Below are positions 19,792 through 29,249 of a stretch of DNA of 36,097 bases, in pieces. Every line of letters starts with the position of its first letter. Position 1 is the stretch's first letter. The DNA is from a virus (lineage: Duplodnaviria; Caudoviricetes), in the IMG/VR virus record IMGVR_UViG_3300017971_000536, positions 1 through 36,097 of that record. The stretch is one strand, 5' to 3'. The notes beneath the pieces are model-generated. The model saw nothing but the letters and a program-made list of their open reading frames with translations. It made no database searches and was not told where the DNA came from. Made by a program: the position numbers and the translations under genes.

Positions 19792-22614
19792 TTATCTCAA
19801 TTTAGTTACTGTTATTTGTGAATAAAGTTCATCCACACCATAGCTAATATTATCTCCAAGTCCATTTGTTGCTCTAGTTGTTGATACTCTATGTTGTAAT
19901 TCAAAAGTTTTCGAAGATGTTATTATAATTTCCCCTGAAACAAAAGAACGAGTTTGAGTTAAGTCACTACTATTACATGATTCAGTAGTTCCAACTATTT
20001 CAGTTACACCATCAGTTATATTTTGAATTCTTGCTTTATGTCCATTAATTCGAAAACCTGGAACTGTTCCTTCAATTCTATATTTACCCGGCTGTAGTGT
20101 AAATTGATTAGAACTTAGAGTGATAAATGTTGTTGTTCCTTCTAGTGTATTTAGAGTTCGAGTATTAAAAGATCCTGAAACTGCACCTCCACCTGGCGTT
20201 CCTGAAGGTTTTAAATCTTTTAAATATGCAGTTGCTGGTAAAGCAGCGTTTACTGTATATTGTCTATCTGTGTATGTAAATTCAGCATAGTTTCTAGCAT
20301 CATTTTGATCCAAAGCAATAGTATCACCCAAATCATTGCTCAAACGAATACTAATTGCTTCACCTTCTTGTATATAAAAAGTAGAAGTTATTTGCATATC
20401 TAGAGCAAAACTAGTATTATCACTTGACATAGTTTCATATCTTCTATCTGAAACTCTAACACCGTCAATCATAATTCCTAAATCAGCTGTTCCACCTAAA
20501 CTAGGAGTTACACCACTATTTGATAAAACTCCTGCTGTTACAGTAATATATCCAGCTCTTGGAGCAATATATCTAAATGTATTGGTATAAGTGGCATCAT
20601 TTCCATTACCAGATCCGGTAACTAAACTATCATCATCATGATCTAAAGTTGGGAAATCAAGAAAAACCGATGATCCATTTGTTATAGAAGCTGAATCAGA
20701 ACTAGTATATCTAGTTGGAGCAAAATTTGTTGTACTTGTAATTAAAGAATCAGAATCAGCATATGCTGTAACATTTAAAGACAAAGCACCAGCATCATTT
20801 GGAACTCCCGATCCTGTTGCAAGAATATTTATATAATCTCCTGCTTTTATTTTTAAAGATACTGTACCATCATTTTGAGTATTAGCTCCATATGCACCAC
20901 CAGATCTTGCAACTTGTGAATCATTTACTCTAAACGAATATTGTTCAGCTGCTGAAGTCATTTTTGTGTGTATTGTCACATCAACAACACAATCAACATT
21001 AGCCGTAAATCTTGTGTAGCTTGAAACGTTTGAAACTGTTAGAATATCATCTCCGGTTGATGTAAGATCAGATAAATCAAATTCAAGAGTTGTTCTGGTT
21101 AATAAATCAGCTCCTGTAGTTCCATCTGTACTTCTAATATCTTGAGATAATTGTGTTTTACTTAATTGAGTTACATCTGGAGTAATAACTATATCATCGA
21201 CCAATAGTGTATCAGCTGCTGTTGACTCAAATTTCCAATATACTTGAGTTGTATTTGTTGGCAATCCAACAATGAATTCAAATGGTTTATAATCACCACT
21301 TCCTGAAATTGTTTCACTCATTAAATCTTGTGAATTAGTGACATCAAATAAACTAACTGTCCAATCTTCAGATATACTAGCTTGAAATTTAAAACCTAAA
21401 AATTGATTTCTTCTATATCCCAATGGAACGTCTAAATTATCTCTTTGAACCGATTCAGAGGCTACAGTAGAGATAAATTTAAGAGCTTTATCTCCACGAC
21501 CAACTTCTGAAGGAGTATCTGTAATTGATAAAGTTCCACCAGAGGTTGAATAATCAGAAGTTTGAGCCGTTTCAAAACTTCCAAGAGGATCAAAATTAAT
21601 CAACCCACCTTCACTTGAACCCAATGGAACTAATTGCGTTCCATCATCAACCAATGCCTGTTGTTCATCTGTTGCATAAACAATTGTTGCTTCTTTTCTT
21701 GTAAGTGCATCTAAATTAGCTCTAGTATCTTTTGGAATAGTAACTCTACTAGTATTTGAAGCGGTTCCTCCATCAATATCTTTATTCGTTAAAACTTGAG
21801 AATCTGAAGTACCAACTACATCTCCAGTTGTACCGTGAGCTGTAGTATCTGCAATGTGAACATCTAAATCTCCATCAACTTCATCAATAGCAGCTTGGAC
21901 ATCTGTAGCAGTTAATCCAGATGTTGCGTTATCATAGTCAACTTGATCGGCATCGTAATCTGAGGCAGCAGGAAGAACTGCACCCGTTCTACTATTAAAA
22001 CTATTTACATATGTAGCACTTTCTATTGTATCAACTCTTCCTTCTACTTCATCTACAGCTCCTTGAACATCTGTGGCTGTAAGTCCTGATGTACTATTAT
22101 CATAAGTAACTTGATCAGCATCATAATCCCCAGATTGAGCAGTTACAACTCCAGTACGACCTTCGAAGCTATTTACATATGTAGCACTTTCTATTGTATC
22201 AACTCTTCCTTCTACTTCATCAATTGCATCTTGAACATTTGTAGCAGAAAGTCCTGAAGTAGAATTATCATAAGATATTTCAGATGCTTCATTTTGATTA
22301 TCAGTAATTGTTTTTAATTCATCTAAGGCTGCTTGTGTATCTGTAGCAGTAAGTCCAGATGCACCATTATCATATTCAATGTCACTTGCATCGGCACTTA
22401 TTGTATTATTTCCAGTGGCTGCTGTGGCATCAATAGTTTTATTTTCGAGAGTTTGAGTACCATCCTCAGAGACAACTTCTCTCGTTGCGCTATCATCTTG
22501 ATATTCAACTTTTTTAGAAGTATCATTGTATCTTACTTCACCTTCTTCAGTAATTGCACTTGTATCTGGATCAAGCTGAATTCCTTTTGGAAAGCGTCTA
22601 CGTTTGGTTGTCAT
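19792..22614 (-). CDS. tail fibre/spike protein
   Basis: 940 aa. Four 'YDNxxSGLxATxxQxAxDE' repeats in the N-terminal third and several beta-sandwich modules C-terminally. Followed by the chaperone gene. Confidence 0.75.
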   Translation of the reverse strand: MTTKRRRFPKGIQLDPDTSAITEEGEVRYNDTSKKVEYQDDSATREVVSEDGTQTLENKTIDATAATGNNTISADASDIEYDNGASGLTATDTQAALDELKTITDNQNEASEISYDNSTSGLSATNVQDAIDEVEGRVDTIESATYVNSFEGRTGVVTAQSGDYDADQVTYDNSTSGLTATDVQGAVDEVEGRVDTIESATYVNSFNSRTGAVLPAASDYDADQVDYDNATSGLTATDVQAAIDEVDGDLDVHIADTTAHGTTGDVVGTSDSQVLTNKDIDGGTASNTSRVTIPKDTRANLDALTRKEATIVYATDEQQALVDDGTQLVPLGSSEGGLINFDPLGSFETAQTSDYSTSGGTLSITDTPSEVGRGDKALKFISTVASESVQRDNLDVPLGYRRNQFLGFKFQASISEDWTVSLFDVTNSQDLMSETISGSGDYKPFEFIVGLPTNTTQVYWKFESTAADTLLVDDIVITPDVTQLSKTQLSQDIRSTDGTTGADLLTRTTLEFDLSDLTSTGDDILTVSNVSSYTRFTANVDCVVDVTIHTKMTSAAEQYSFRVNDSQVARSGGAYGANTQNDGTVSLKIKAGDYINILATGSGVPNDAGALSLNVTAYADSDSLITSTTNFAPTRYTSSDSASITNGSSVFLDFPTLDHDDDSLVTGSGNGNDATYTNTFRYIAPRAGYITVTAGVLSNSGVTPSLGGTADLGIMIDGVRVSDRRYETMSSDNTSFALDMQITSTFYIQEGEAISIRLSNDLGDTIALDQNDARNYAEFTYTDRQYTVNAALPATAYLKDLKPSGTPGGGAVSGSFNTRTLNTLEGTTTFITLSSNQFTLQPGKYRIEGTVPGFRINGHKARIQNITDGVTEIVGTTESCNSSDLTQTRSFVSGEIIITSSKTFELQHRVSTTRATNGLGDNISYGVDELYSQITVTKLR
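22001..22221. repeat. 53-bp perfect direct repeat (22001-22053, 22169-22221), 168-nt period
   Basis: ctatttacatatgtagcactttctattgtatcaactcttccttctacttcatc occurs twice and encodes DEVEGRVDTIESATYVNS. Confidence 0.9.
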
Positions 22615-22642
22615 TATCTTCTCCTATACAACAAATTCTATT

Positions 22643-23113
22643 TTAAGGTGTATCAATTGTTTGTGCTCTAAATCGAATAATGGATGATTGATGGTTTGTC
22701 AAATCACTTGTTGTATATTGAAATTGACCTGAACTTAGAACACTGATCACAGTTCCTGAATCTCCCGTTGTTTCAATTGAAATACTGAAATCTGAACCAT
22801 CATAATTTCCTAAAATTTTACCAGTTTCTACAATAGTAGATGCACCTGAATCAAAAATACGTTTTATAACATAGTCAATTTCAACAGATTCAACTTGTGC
22901 CACATTAAAGGTTAAACCAGGAATATTAGTTGCAATTGTTTGATTATTTGATAAAGTAGCTGATGTTATTAAAAGATCGTTTGGACCTTGAACATTTTTT
23001 AATGCTTCAGTTACCCCTTCTGCCCATGCGCTAGCATCTTCCCCCCATCCCGCTTTATCACCCTGTTCAGGATAATCATAAACAGTTGAGCCAATTTGTA
23101 GCTGTTTTGACAT
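22643..23113 (-). CDS. virion structural protein
   Basis: 156 aa. The C-terminal ~100 aa resemble the C-terminus of the 650-aa fibre. Confidence 0.65.
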   Translation of the reverse strand: MSKQLQIGSTVYDYPEQGDKAGWGEDASAWAEGVTEALKNVQGPNDLLITSATLSNNQTIATNIPGLTFNVAQVESVEIDYVIKRIFDSGASTIVETGKILGNYDGSDFSISIETTGDSGTVISVLSSGQFQYTTSDLTNHQSSIIRFRAQTIDTP

Positions 23114-23140
23114 TTGAACTCCTACGATATACTCTATATA

Positions 23141-23150
23141 TAGTTGTTAA
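23141..23150 (-). promoter_or_regulatory. TTAACAACTA box
   Basis: Lies just downstream of the capsid terminator and 28 nt upstream of the 23113 start. Confidence 0.7.
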
Positions 23151-23208
23151 TCTCAAGAATTAAGACAAATCTTCATAGAAAAGAAGATGAAAAAAGAAAT
23201 ATGAATGA

Positions 23209-23235
23209 AAAAGAGGGGTGACATTGCGTCACCCC
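23209..23235 (-). terminator. intrinsic terminator after major capsid gene
   Basis: GGGGTGAC/GTCACCCC 8-bp stem (23215-23235), followed on the minus strand by TCTTTTT. Confidence 0.8.
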
Positions 23236-23258
23236 ATTGTTTGTCTAGAATAAGACTA

Positions 23259-24497
23259 TTAAGACTTAATAAAAGTCAATAGAGTTGATGTACCTGGTTG
23301 AGAACAGAACAATGCTTGATCTGTATAAGCTCTCATTTCATAAGCGTTAGCATTTTCAAGTAGTTTCAAGAACTTACCTTCAAATCCTGGCTGCTCAAGT
23401 GTAACATCAGAAGAACCAATACGAGTATAGCAACTCATTGGAATTACATAAGCAAAACCTTCTTTACAGTAAATAGTTGAATGAATTTCAATCATACCAT
23501 TTTGACCATAGAAAGTAAGAGCCTTTGCACCATCTTCAAGTTTAGCATCAGAGTAAGAACTATCATAACGTCTCTTAGCTGTTTGCTCAGTAAGAAGGTT
23601 ATTCCAAGACTTTGGATTACAAAGAACGTAAACGTCCTCATCAGCAAGTCCTTTTTCCATTGCAACAGCAATAGCTTCTTCTAGTTTAGCAAAAGAAAGA
23701 ACTGCTTCACCACCAGAGAAGTTTGTACCAACTTCAACAGTGTTACCATTCCAAAGAGAGAATGAAGAAGCATCAATGTTAAAAAGTACCCCAGTGTTGG
23801 TGATAATTTTATGAACACCAGCAAATTCTTTACCAAATGCACCAGCATAGAAAAGAACGTCAGTAGCTACAGAACCAGCAGGAACAGCGTCAACATCAAT
23901 TTCTTTATCAGAAAGACGAACAGCAGTAACTTCAGCTTCACCTCTAAGAGCACCAGCAGAACTTCTAATTTCGATAGGCATTTTTTCAGAACCAGACCAG
24001 ATTCCAGGTGCCCATTCGTGGTCTTCAATTTTAATTGTATTAGTTGCAATAGATTCGATTACACCAATACCACCATCAGCTTGTCCGTACATGAGTTGAA
24101 CCTCAAGACGACGAGCGAAAGACTTAAGCATATTTTCAACGATAAGCTTAGAGGCTTGGATAAAAGAATCTTTACCACGAGAACGAGAAACAGCTCCTAC
24201 AGAAAGATAAGAACGTAGAACCATTTCATGTCCACGAATTTGAGCGTCTTCATGAGAAGATGCAACGCCATTTCGTAGAGCAAAAGCAGCACCACCAGTT
24301 CCACCATAAGTAAATCCGTGCTCAAGTCCAAGAGTAACAGGTTGATGATAAAGGTTACCAGGCTGTTTTTCAGCCGAAGTAAAGCTTATCATGTTTAAAA
24401 GTTTAACACCATCAGGAATAAGGTCTTTTACGCGATCAGCGTATGCTTCCTTAAAGATGGAGTTCATTGTTGTAAAATCATTATTAGTTTGTGCCAT
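23259..24497 (-). CDS. major capsid protein
   Basis: 412 aa, downstream of portal and scaffold, strong AAGGAG RBS, terminator after it. Sequence starts 'MNSIFKEAYADRVKDLIP' and has an HK97-like 'VYVLCNPKSWNNL' segment. Confidence 0.85.
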   Translation of the reverse strand: MAQTNNDFTTMNSIFKEAYADRVKDLIPDGVKLLNMISFTSAEKQPGNLYHQPVTLGLEHGFTYGGTGGAAFALRNGVASSHEDAQIRGHEMVLRSYLSVGAVSRSRGKDSFIQASKLIVENMLKSFARRLEVQLMYGQADGGIGVIESIATNTIKIEDHEWAPGIWSGSEKMPIEIRSSAGALRGEAEVTAVRLSDKEIDVDAVPAGSVATDVLFYAGAFGKEFAGVHKIITNTGVLFNIDASSFSLWNGNTVEVGTNFSGGEAVLSFAKLEEAIAVAMEKGLADEDVYVLCNPKSWNNLLTEQTAKRRYDSSYSDAKLEDGAKALTFYGQNGMIEIHSTIYCKEGFAYVIPMSCYTRIGSSDVTLEQPGFEGKFLKLLENANAYEMRAYTDQALFCSQPGTSTLLTFIKS

Positions 24498-24521
24498 GAT
24501 TTAACTCCTTCTTGTTTAAAA

Positions 24522-24806
24522 TTATATTGATTTAGGTGATCTAACAGAAACTTGAATTACATCAGAACTTGTAACAGCAGATGTAAAGTCAAGAGTTGCG
24601 ACACCAGAAGCTTCACTTAATGTGGCAACTTCAGTTCCAAAACGAGCCTCTACTACTTCAGCATCATCGCCAAATTCAGCAAGAACTAGTTCAACATTGT
24701 CAGAAACAATACTGGCACCAGGAATATCTTGAACTGCGGCAGCAAATGTGTAAGAAGTAAGAAGCAAATCAGCTAGACGTGGATTTGTAATGTTTTTGCT
24801 ATCCAT
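24522..24806 (-). CDS. small head protein (possible decoration/cement)
   Basis: 94 aa between scaffold and MCP, with AAGGAG RBS. Confidence 0.55.
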   Translation of the reverse strand: MDSKNITNPRLADLLLTSYTFAAAVQDIPGASIVSDNVELVLAEFGDDAEVVEARFGTEVATLSEASGVATLDFTSAVTSSDVIQVSVRSPKSI

Positions 24807-24956
24807 TTTCTTCTCCTTTTTATAATAAATACAAATACTTATAAAAGTACAATTACTAAAAATAGTAACTATATATCTATAATTCTCATTTGGTATCCTT
24901 CAATCCATAAGGGGTATGAAAGAGCCGCCTTTGATAAGACAATAGTTTCCTACCTA

Positions 24957-24966
24957 TAGTTGTTAA
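24957..24966 (-). promoter_or_regulatory. TTAACAACTA box
   Basis: Immediately after the scaffold stop and about 150 nt upstream of 24806. Confidence 0.6.
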
Positions 24967-24967
24967 A

Positions 24968-26005
24968 TTATAGGTTTCTAAAATAATCTTTCGATCTAAC
25001 TTTCTTTTTTACTTTAGATTCTTCTTTTTTTTCAACACCTTGTGTTGTTGGTTTTACACTACTAACATTATTTGTTTTCATTGTGCTAAGTCTTTTCTTT
25101 CTCATTCTTTCCAGATTTTGCTGACCAATATATTCTTCCATAGTTTCTTCTGGAAGTTGACCCATAAATTCTCTTAATTCTTCTCTAATTTCTTGTTCAA
25201 CTGAAGGAATAACATCTTCAACTTGAATTTCATTCGGATCATAACCAAGACTTTCAGCATTTTCAATTGCCCACAACATCGCATCAGCAATTCTTGCTAC
25301 TGTTTTTTGAGATCTTGGAAGATTTTTATGAGCATCTAGAGCTGCTTCAATTTCATTCTCTAATTTAGATGATTCTTGAGCCTCAAGTCTAGCCATTTTT
25401 TCATCTCTAGCTTCATCTTCTTTTCTTTTTAATTCCTCTCTGGCTTTAGCCAATTCTCGTTCAAGTTGTTCTTTTGCTCTTAATTCTGGAGATTTTTTTC
25501 TTTCTTCAACTTCATTTCGAATCCATTCTTCGCCCAACTTTAAAGGATCAAGTCCTAGTTCTTCCAAAACAGCTCTAGGATCTTGTAAAAGACTACGAAC
25601 CTCTTCTTCATAAGCTTTTTCTAGTTCTTTTTGTTTTTGCATAGCACTTTGACCAGCTTCAGCTAATTGAAGTTTTCTTATAATATCTTGTTCATTTGCA
25701 AAATCTAGTTTTACTTTTTTTTCTTGACCATTTACCTTAATAGTATATTCTTTGATCATATCTTGAATTTCTTCTTGTGTGGCACCATCTTCAATAGCTT
25801 CTTGAATTTCTTCTTTTAATTCTTCACTGTTTTCAGCCTGCACTCCTTCTGACTCAGAAACTTGTGATTCATTTTGAGCTTCTACAATCGATTCTGATGA
25901 ATCAGCAGCTTGTTCAATCACTTGATCACCAGCATTACTAGAAAATCCAGCATCATCTGAAGTAATTGCATCATTTACAATTGGTGTTTCTACATTTTCT
26001 GACAT
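24968..26005 (-). CDS. capsid scaffolding protein
   Basis: Acidic N-terminus, 'YTIKVNGQEKKV' motif, coiled coils, basic C-terminus. Lies between portal and MCP. Confidence 0.8.
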   Translation of the reverse strand: MSENVETPIVNDAITSDDAGFSSNAGDQVIEQAADSSESIVEAQNESQVSESEGVQAENSEELKEEIQEAIEDGATQEEIQDMIKEYTIKVNGQEKKVKLDFANEQDIIRKLQLAEAGQSAMQKQKELEKAYEEEVRSLLQDPRAVLEELGLDPLKLGEEWIRNEVEERKKSPELRAKEQLERELAKAREELKRKEDEARDEKMARLEAQESSKLENEIEAALDAHKNLPRSQKTVARIADAMLWAIENAESLGYDPNEIQVEDVIPSVEQEIREELREFMGQLPEETMEEYIGQQNLERMRKKRLSTMKTNNVSSVKPTTQGVEKKEESKVKKKVRSKDYFRNL

Positions 26006-26082
26006 AATTTAACTCCTGTAATAGTCCCTTTTTTTTTGGGATATATTATTAAGTGACCATCCATAATGGGTAGGTCTTTTTT

Positions 26083-29000
26083 TTATTGTCCCTTAAATGG
26101 TAATCCAGTTGCAGGATCTATCGGTGGTTGAGCTGGTTCTGGAATAGAACCCTGAACCTGCGTACTTTCTGCAATTGGATTTTGAGTAACATTTGACATA
26201 GGTTGTAAAGATTGATTTGGTTGTTCAGGTTGTCCACTTTGAGGACCAATAGGTGTTCCTCCTGGAGGACTCAAAGGTTGTTCACCAATCAATGCTAGTA
26301 AATTTGGATCTGTTTGTTGTAATAAAAGTATATGCTCCTGTATATGAGATAACACTCTTTTTGTTAGTTCAGCATCCATTCTAAGATCAGGATCGGCAAG
26401 TACATTCATATGTTCACGAATATGCAGAGAATGTTTATCTACAGCAGTTGCCACAACATCAGTCTCGCCATCGGCTAATCTTTCATTTTCAGCTCGAATC
26501 AATAATGCTTGATTATTAGCACCTTCTGTCATTGATTCTAGTCTTCCCGAATTAATAACACTAAAATATTGTTCAGGATTAGTTACAACACCCATTTGAA
26601 TTAAATTATCTGCCATCTGCACTCGACCAGCTGTAGTATTATGTGTTACAGAAAAATCACCAAGAAGAAAATGGGGCTCTTCTTTGAGTGTAAATCCATA
26701 ATAAGTTCCCATACCAATTGAATTAACATTAATAGCATAGTTATTCCAATTTTTTATTTTATCTTTTTTCTTAACTTGTTTTCTTGGTAATCTAGTTGGT
26801 ATATCCCAAGTATTTCCACCAATATTAAGTTTATAGATATTAGCTTCTTTATCATTAAACTCTCTTTCAACTAGTTTTTTAGTAACTCTAAATCCCAAAG
26901 ATTTAGCTAAATATTCAACTTGATCTATGAGTTTTTTACTTTTTTGAGTAAAAACAAAAGTATTATCAACCAAACTTCCATCAGTGTCTATTAAACCAGC
27001 AAGTAGTTCTAATCTAGTTTTTCTATCATTTTTTAGATAAATTTCTGGAATATGTTTATTTCCAATAATTTCCATAGATCTAAATTCATTCATTAATGGA
27101 TTTCTATCATGTCCACCACTAGCTTGTCCTGAGGTAATAAAATATGTATTAGATTGATTTTTAGTTTCTTGTTTTCTAATTTGCATTCCAATACTAAATG
27201 CATAATTTGACCATTCAAGATAAATCTCATCATCCATTGTTGTCAAAGCTGTTGTTTCTGAAGTTCCATCTCCCAACCAGGCTCCTAAAATATATGCAGG
27301 AACTTGTGTTTCTTTTTGTTCAAATTCCACACTAGTTGTAAATCCTTGGAGTAATCTTCTGTGTCTTTCTGGTAATTCTAAGTATTCTCCAACAGATAGA
27401 TCTAAAATGTCTCCTTTTTTTACATTATATCGATCATCATCCGAACAATATCTTAATGTTAAAATGTGACTTTTATTACAAGTATACTTTATATTACGAT
27501 TAGCACATTTAGAAGTAATATCAAACATTTCCTCTCTACCAGAATTCACATTTTCAACAGTTCTTGGTTTAGAATCTGGTCCCATTACTTTTTCACCAAT
27601 TTTAATATCTTGAACCATCTTTATAGATCCATCATACATTAATACTGGCGTGTCTTTAGCTAAACATTGCGCTAACGAATTACCTACATCCACAACAACT
27701 CGATTAATTGTATGAATATCTTTTGCTGAAAATTCCTGCATTTTTGTTTTATTTGATTTTCCTGCAATAGCAGCAATTCTTGGAACTTTAGCAAAATCTT
27801 GTAAAAGCTCAACAAGTCCTGTTCCAATATTTTCAATCATTGTTACATAAGATTGTTGTAATCCCGACATAAATTGTAATGCTTGAGATTGAACTAGCGC
27901 CAAAGCTGTTCCTGATTTTAACGAACTTTCTGGATTTCCTCTAGCAACTGAGTTTACTCCTGAAATTGTTTCCATATCACGAACAAGCATTTGTAAAAAT
28001 TGATAAGTTTCTGGTGCAGTTCTTGTAAGTTGTAGTGCTTCTGGACGACCATCTGCCCCACCAGCAACTCTTGCGTTGTATTCAATAAAATTAAGTCCTT
28101 CTTCTACTTGATTTATGCGAATATCATTACCTCTAGGACTCAGAATACTTTGAACACCGAATGCATTATTATTAGTTAAGATTGTTGAATATAAACTATT
28201 AACAGCATCTTGCATTGGCATTAAATCAAACATTGGAGTATAACCATATGGCGTTCCTAAATAATGACTTGGCATAATTGGATAAACTGGAAGACTTCTA
28301 TATGGCATAATTGTATCCATTAGAATTGTATCTTCATCTAAGTAAAGTAAATATCGACCTTCTGGTAGACTTTCTGTTCTTTTATGATAAAACTCATAAA
28401 CAGGAACATCAACAGTTTCATCAAGTGCAGTAAGGGACATTCGATAGTAATAATTATCACTTTTTGTTCTTATTTTTAAAATTTCTTCTCTAAGTTCTGG
28501 ATATTTAGCAATAAGATCGTATTTATTTTTAAACGATCTACATAATACCCAATCATGATCCATTGGAGATTCTTTAGTGCTATCAAAAACAACATCAAAT
28601 GGTGATAAATTTGTAAACTCTACATCTCCCTCATAAACAGGTGAAGGACTGAGTTTATTTCCTTGTTCATCAATTGGTTCACCTTTGTCATTATAATCAT
28701 ACAATTTATCCTCAGAAGGTTCTATATAATCATATATTTTACCCGATGTTGCATTCCACTCCATTTTTACATATCCAGAACCTAAAACAATAGCATATTC
28801 AACTGCCGTTTTAAGAAATGTTTCCATCTTTTTTTCTCTAAGATAATACTCTAATAAGCCATTCGCTAAAGTGGTTTGAACTTGAGATTTATAGTCAGTA
28901 TTAATAGAACGAGCTTGAAAACTAGGACGACTAGATGTAATCATAGTATGCATATGCCTTGCTATATTTCTATAGTGATTAACTGCCATATTTGCAAGTT

Positions 29001-29229
29001 CTCCCGATTCTCCGCCAAAATTAATTGAGTGTGAATCAGTATAACTAGATGAATAATAAGAACCGTGATAAGCTTCCCAACTTTTAGTTAGTTTATCAAG
29101 ATATCTATTAGAATTAAGTAAATTAAACCAATAGTTACTTTTTTTCATTAGATAATCTACACATTTATCAGATTTATCTGCTGCAAAATAAGTATCACCA
29201 CTTTGAGAAGGTCGATTGTAAATTGACAT
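26083..29229 (-). CDS. portal protein precursor containing an intein (about 705 aa after splicing)
   Basis: Follows TerL. P22-like portal motifs 'AIVLGSGYVKMEW', 'LSPFDVVFD', 'DLMPMQDAVNSLYS', 'METISGVNSVARG'. Confidence 0.85.
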   Translation of the reverse strand: MSIYNRPSQSGDTYFAADKSDKCVDYLMKKSNYWFNLLNSNRYLDKLTKSWEAYHGSYYSSSYTDSHSINFGGESGELANMAVNHYRNIARHMHTMITSSRPSFQARSINTDYKSQVQTTLANGLLEYYLREKKMETFLKTAVEYAIVLGSGYVKMEWNATSGKIYDYIEPSEDKLYDYNDKGEPIDEQGNKLSPSPVYEGDVEFTNLSPFDVVFDSTKESPMDHDWVLCRSFKNKYDLIAKYPELREEILKIRTKSDNYYYRMSLTALDETVDVPVYEFYHKRTESLPEGRYLLYLDEDTILMDTIMPYRSLPVYPIMPSHYLGTPYGYTPMFDLMPMQDAVNSLYSTILTNNNAFGVQSILSPRGNDIRINQVEEGLNFIEYNARVAGGADGRPEALQLTRTAPETYQFLQMLVRDMETISGVNSVARGNPESSLKSGTALALVQSQALQFMSGLQQSYVTMIENIGTGLVELLQDFAKVPRIAAIAGKSNKTKMQEFSAKDIHTINRVVVDVGNSLAQCLAKDTPVLMYDGSIKMVQDIKIGEKVMGPDSKPRTVENVNSGREEMFDITSKCANRNIKYTCNKSHILTLRYCSDDDRYNVKKGDILDLSVGEYLELPERHRRLLQGFTTSVEFEQKETQVPAYILGAWLGDGTSETTALTTMDDEIYLEWSNYAFSIGMQIRKQETKNQSNTYFITSGQASGGHDRNPLMNEFRSMEIIGNKHIPEIYLKNDRKTRLELLAGLIDTDGSLVDNTFVFTQKSKKLIDQVEYLAKSLGFRVTKKLVEREFNDKEANIYKLNIGGNTWDIPTRLPRKQVKKKDKIKNWNNYAINVNSIGMGTYYGFTLKEEPHFLLGDFSVTHNTTAGRVQMADNLIQMGVVTNPEQYFSVINSGRLESMTEGANNQALLIRAENERLADGETDVVATAVDKHSLHIREHMNVLADPDLRMDAELTKRVLSHIQEHILLLQQTDPNLLALIGEQPLSPPGGTPIGPQSGQPEQPNQSLQPMSNVTQNPIAESTQVQGSIPEPAQPPIDPATGLPFKGQ
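26638..27666 (-). mobile_element. intein with LAGLIDADG homing endonuclease (343 aa)
   Basis: Q|CLAKDTPVLMYDG...CNKSHILTL...AYILGAWLGDG...LLAGLIDTDG...YYGFTL...FSVTHN|T. Cys1, terminal His-Asn and Thr+1 are present. Confidence 0.93.
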
Positions 29230-29249
29230 AATATAATCCTATTTTATAT

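Noticed and set aside
283-24218. Plus-strand ORFs in the track (e.g. 283-543, 1941-2501, 18272-18655, 23811-24218) and short alternative-frame minus ORFs
   Set aside because: They are shadows of long minus-strand genes, with no RBS and antisense-type composition.
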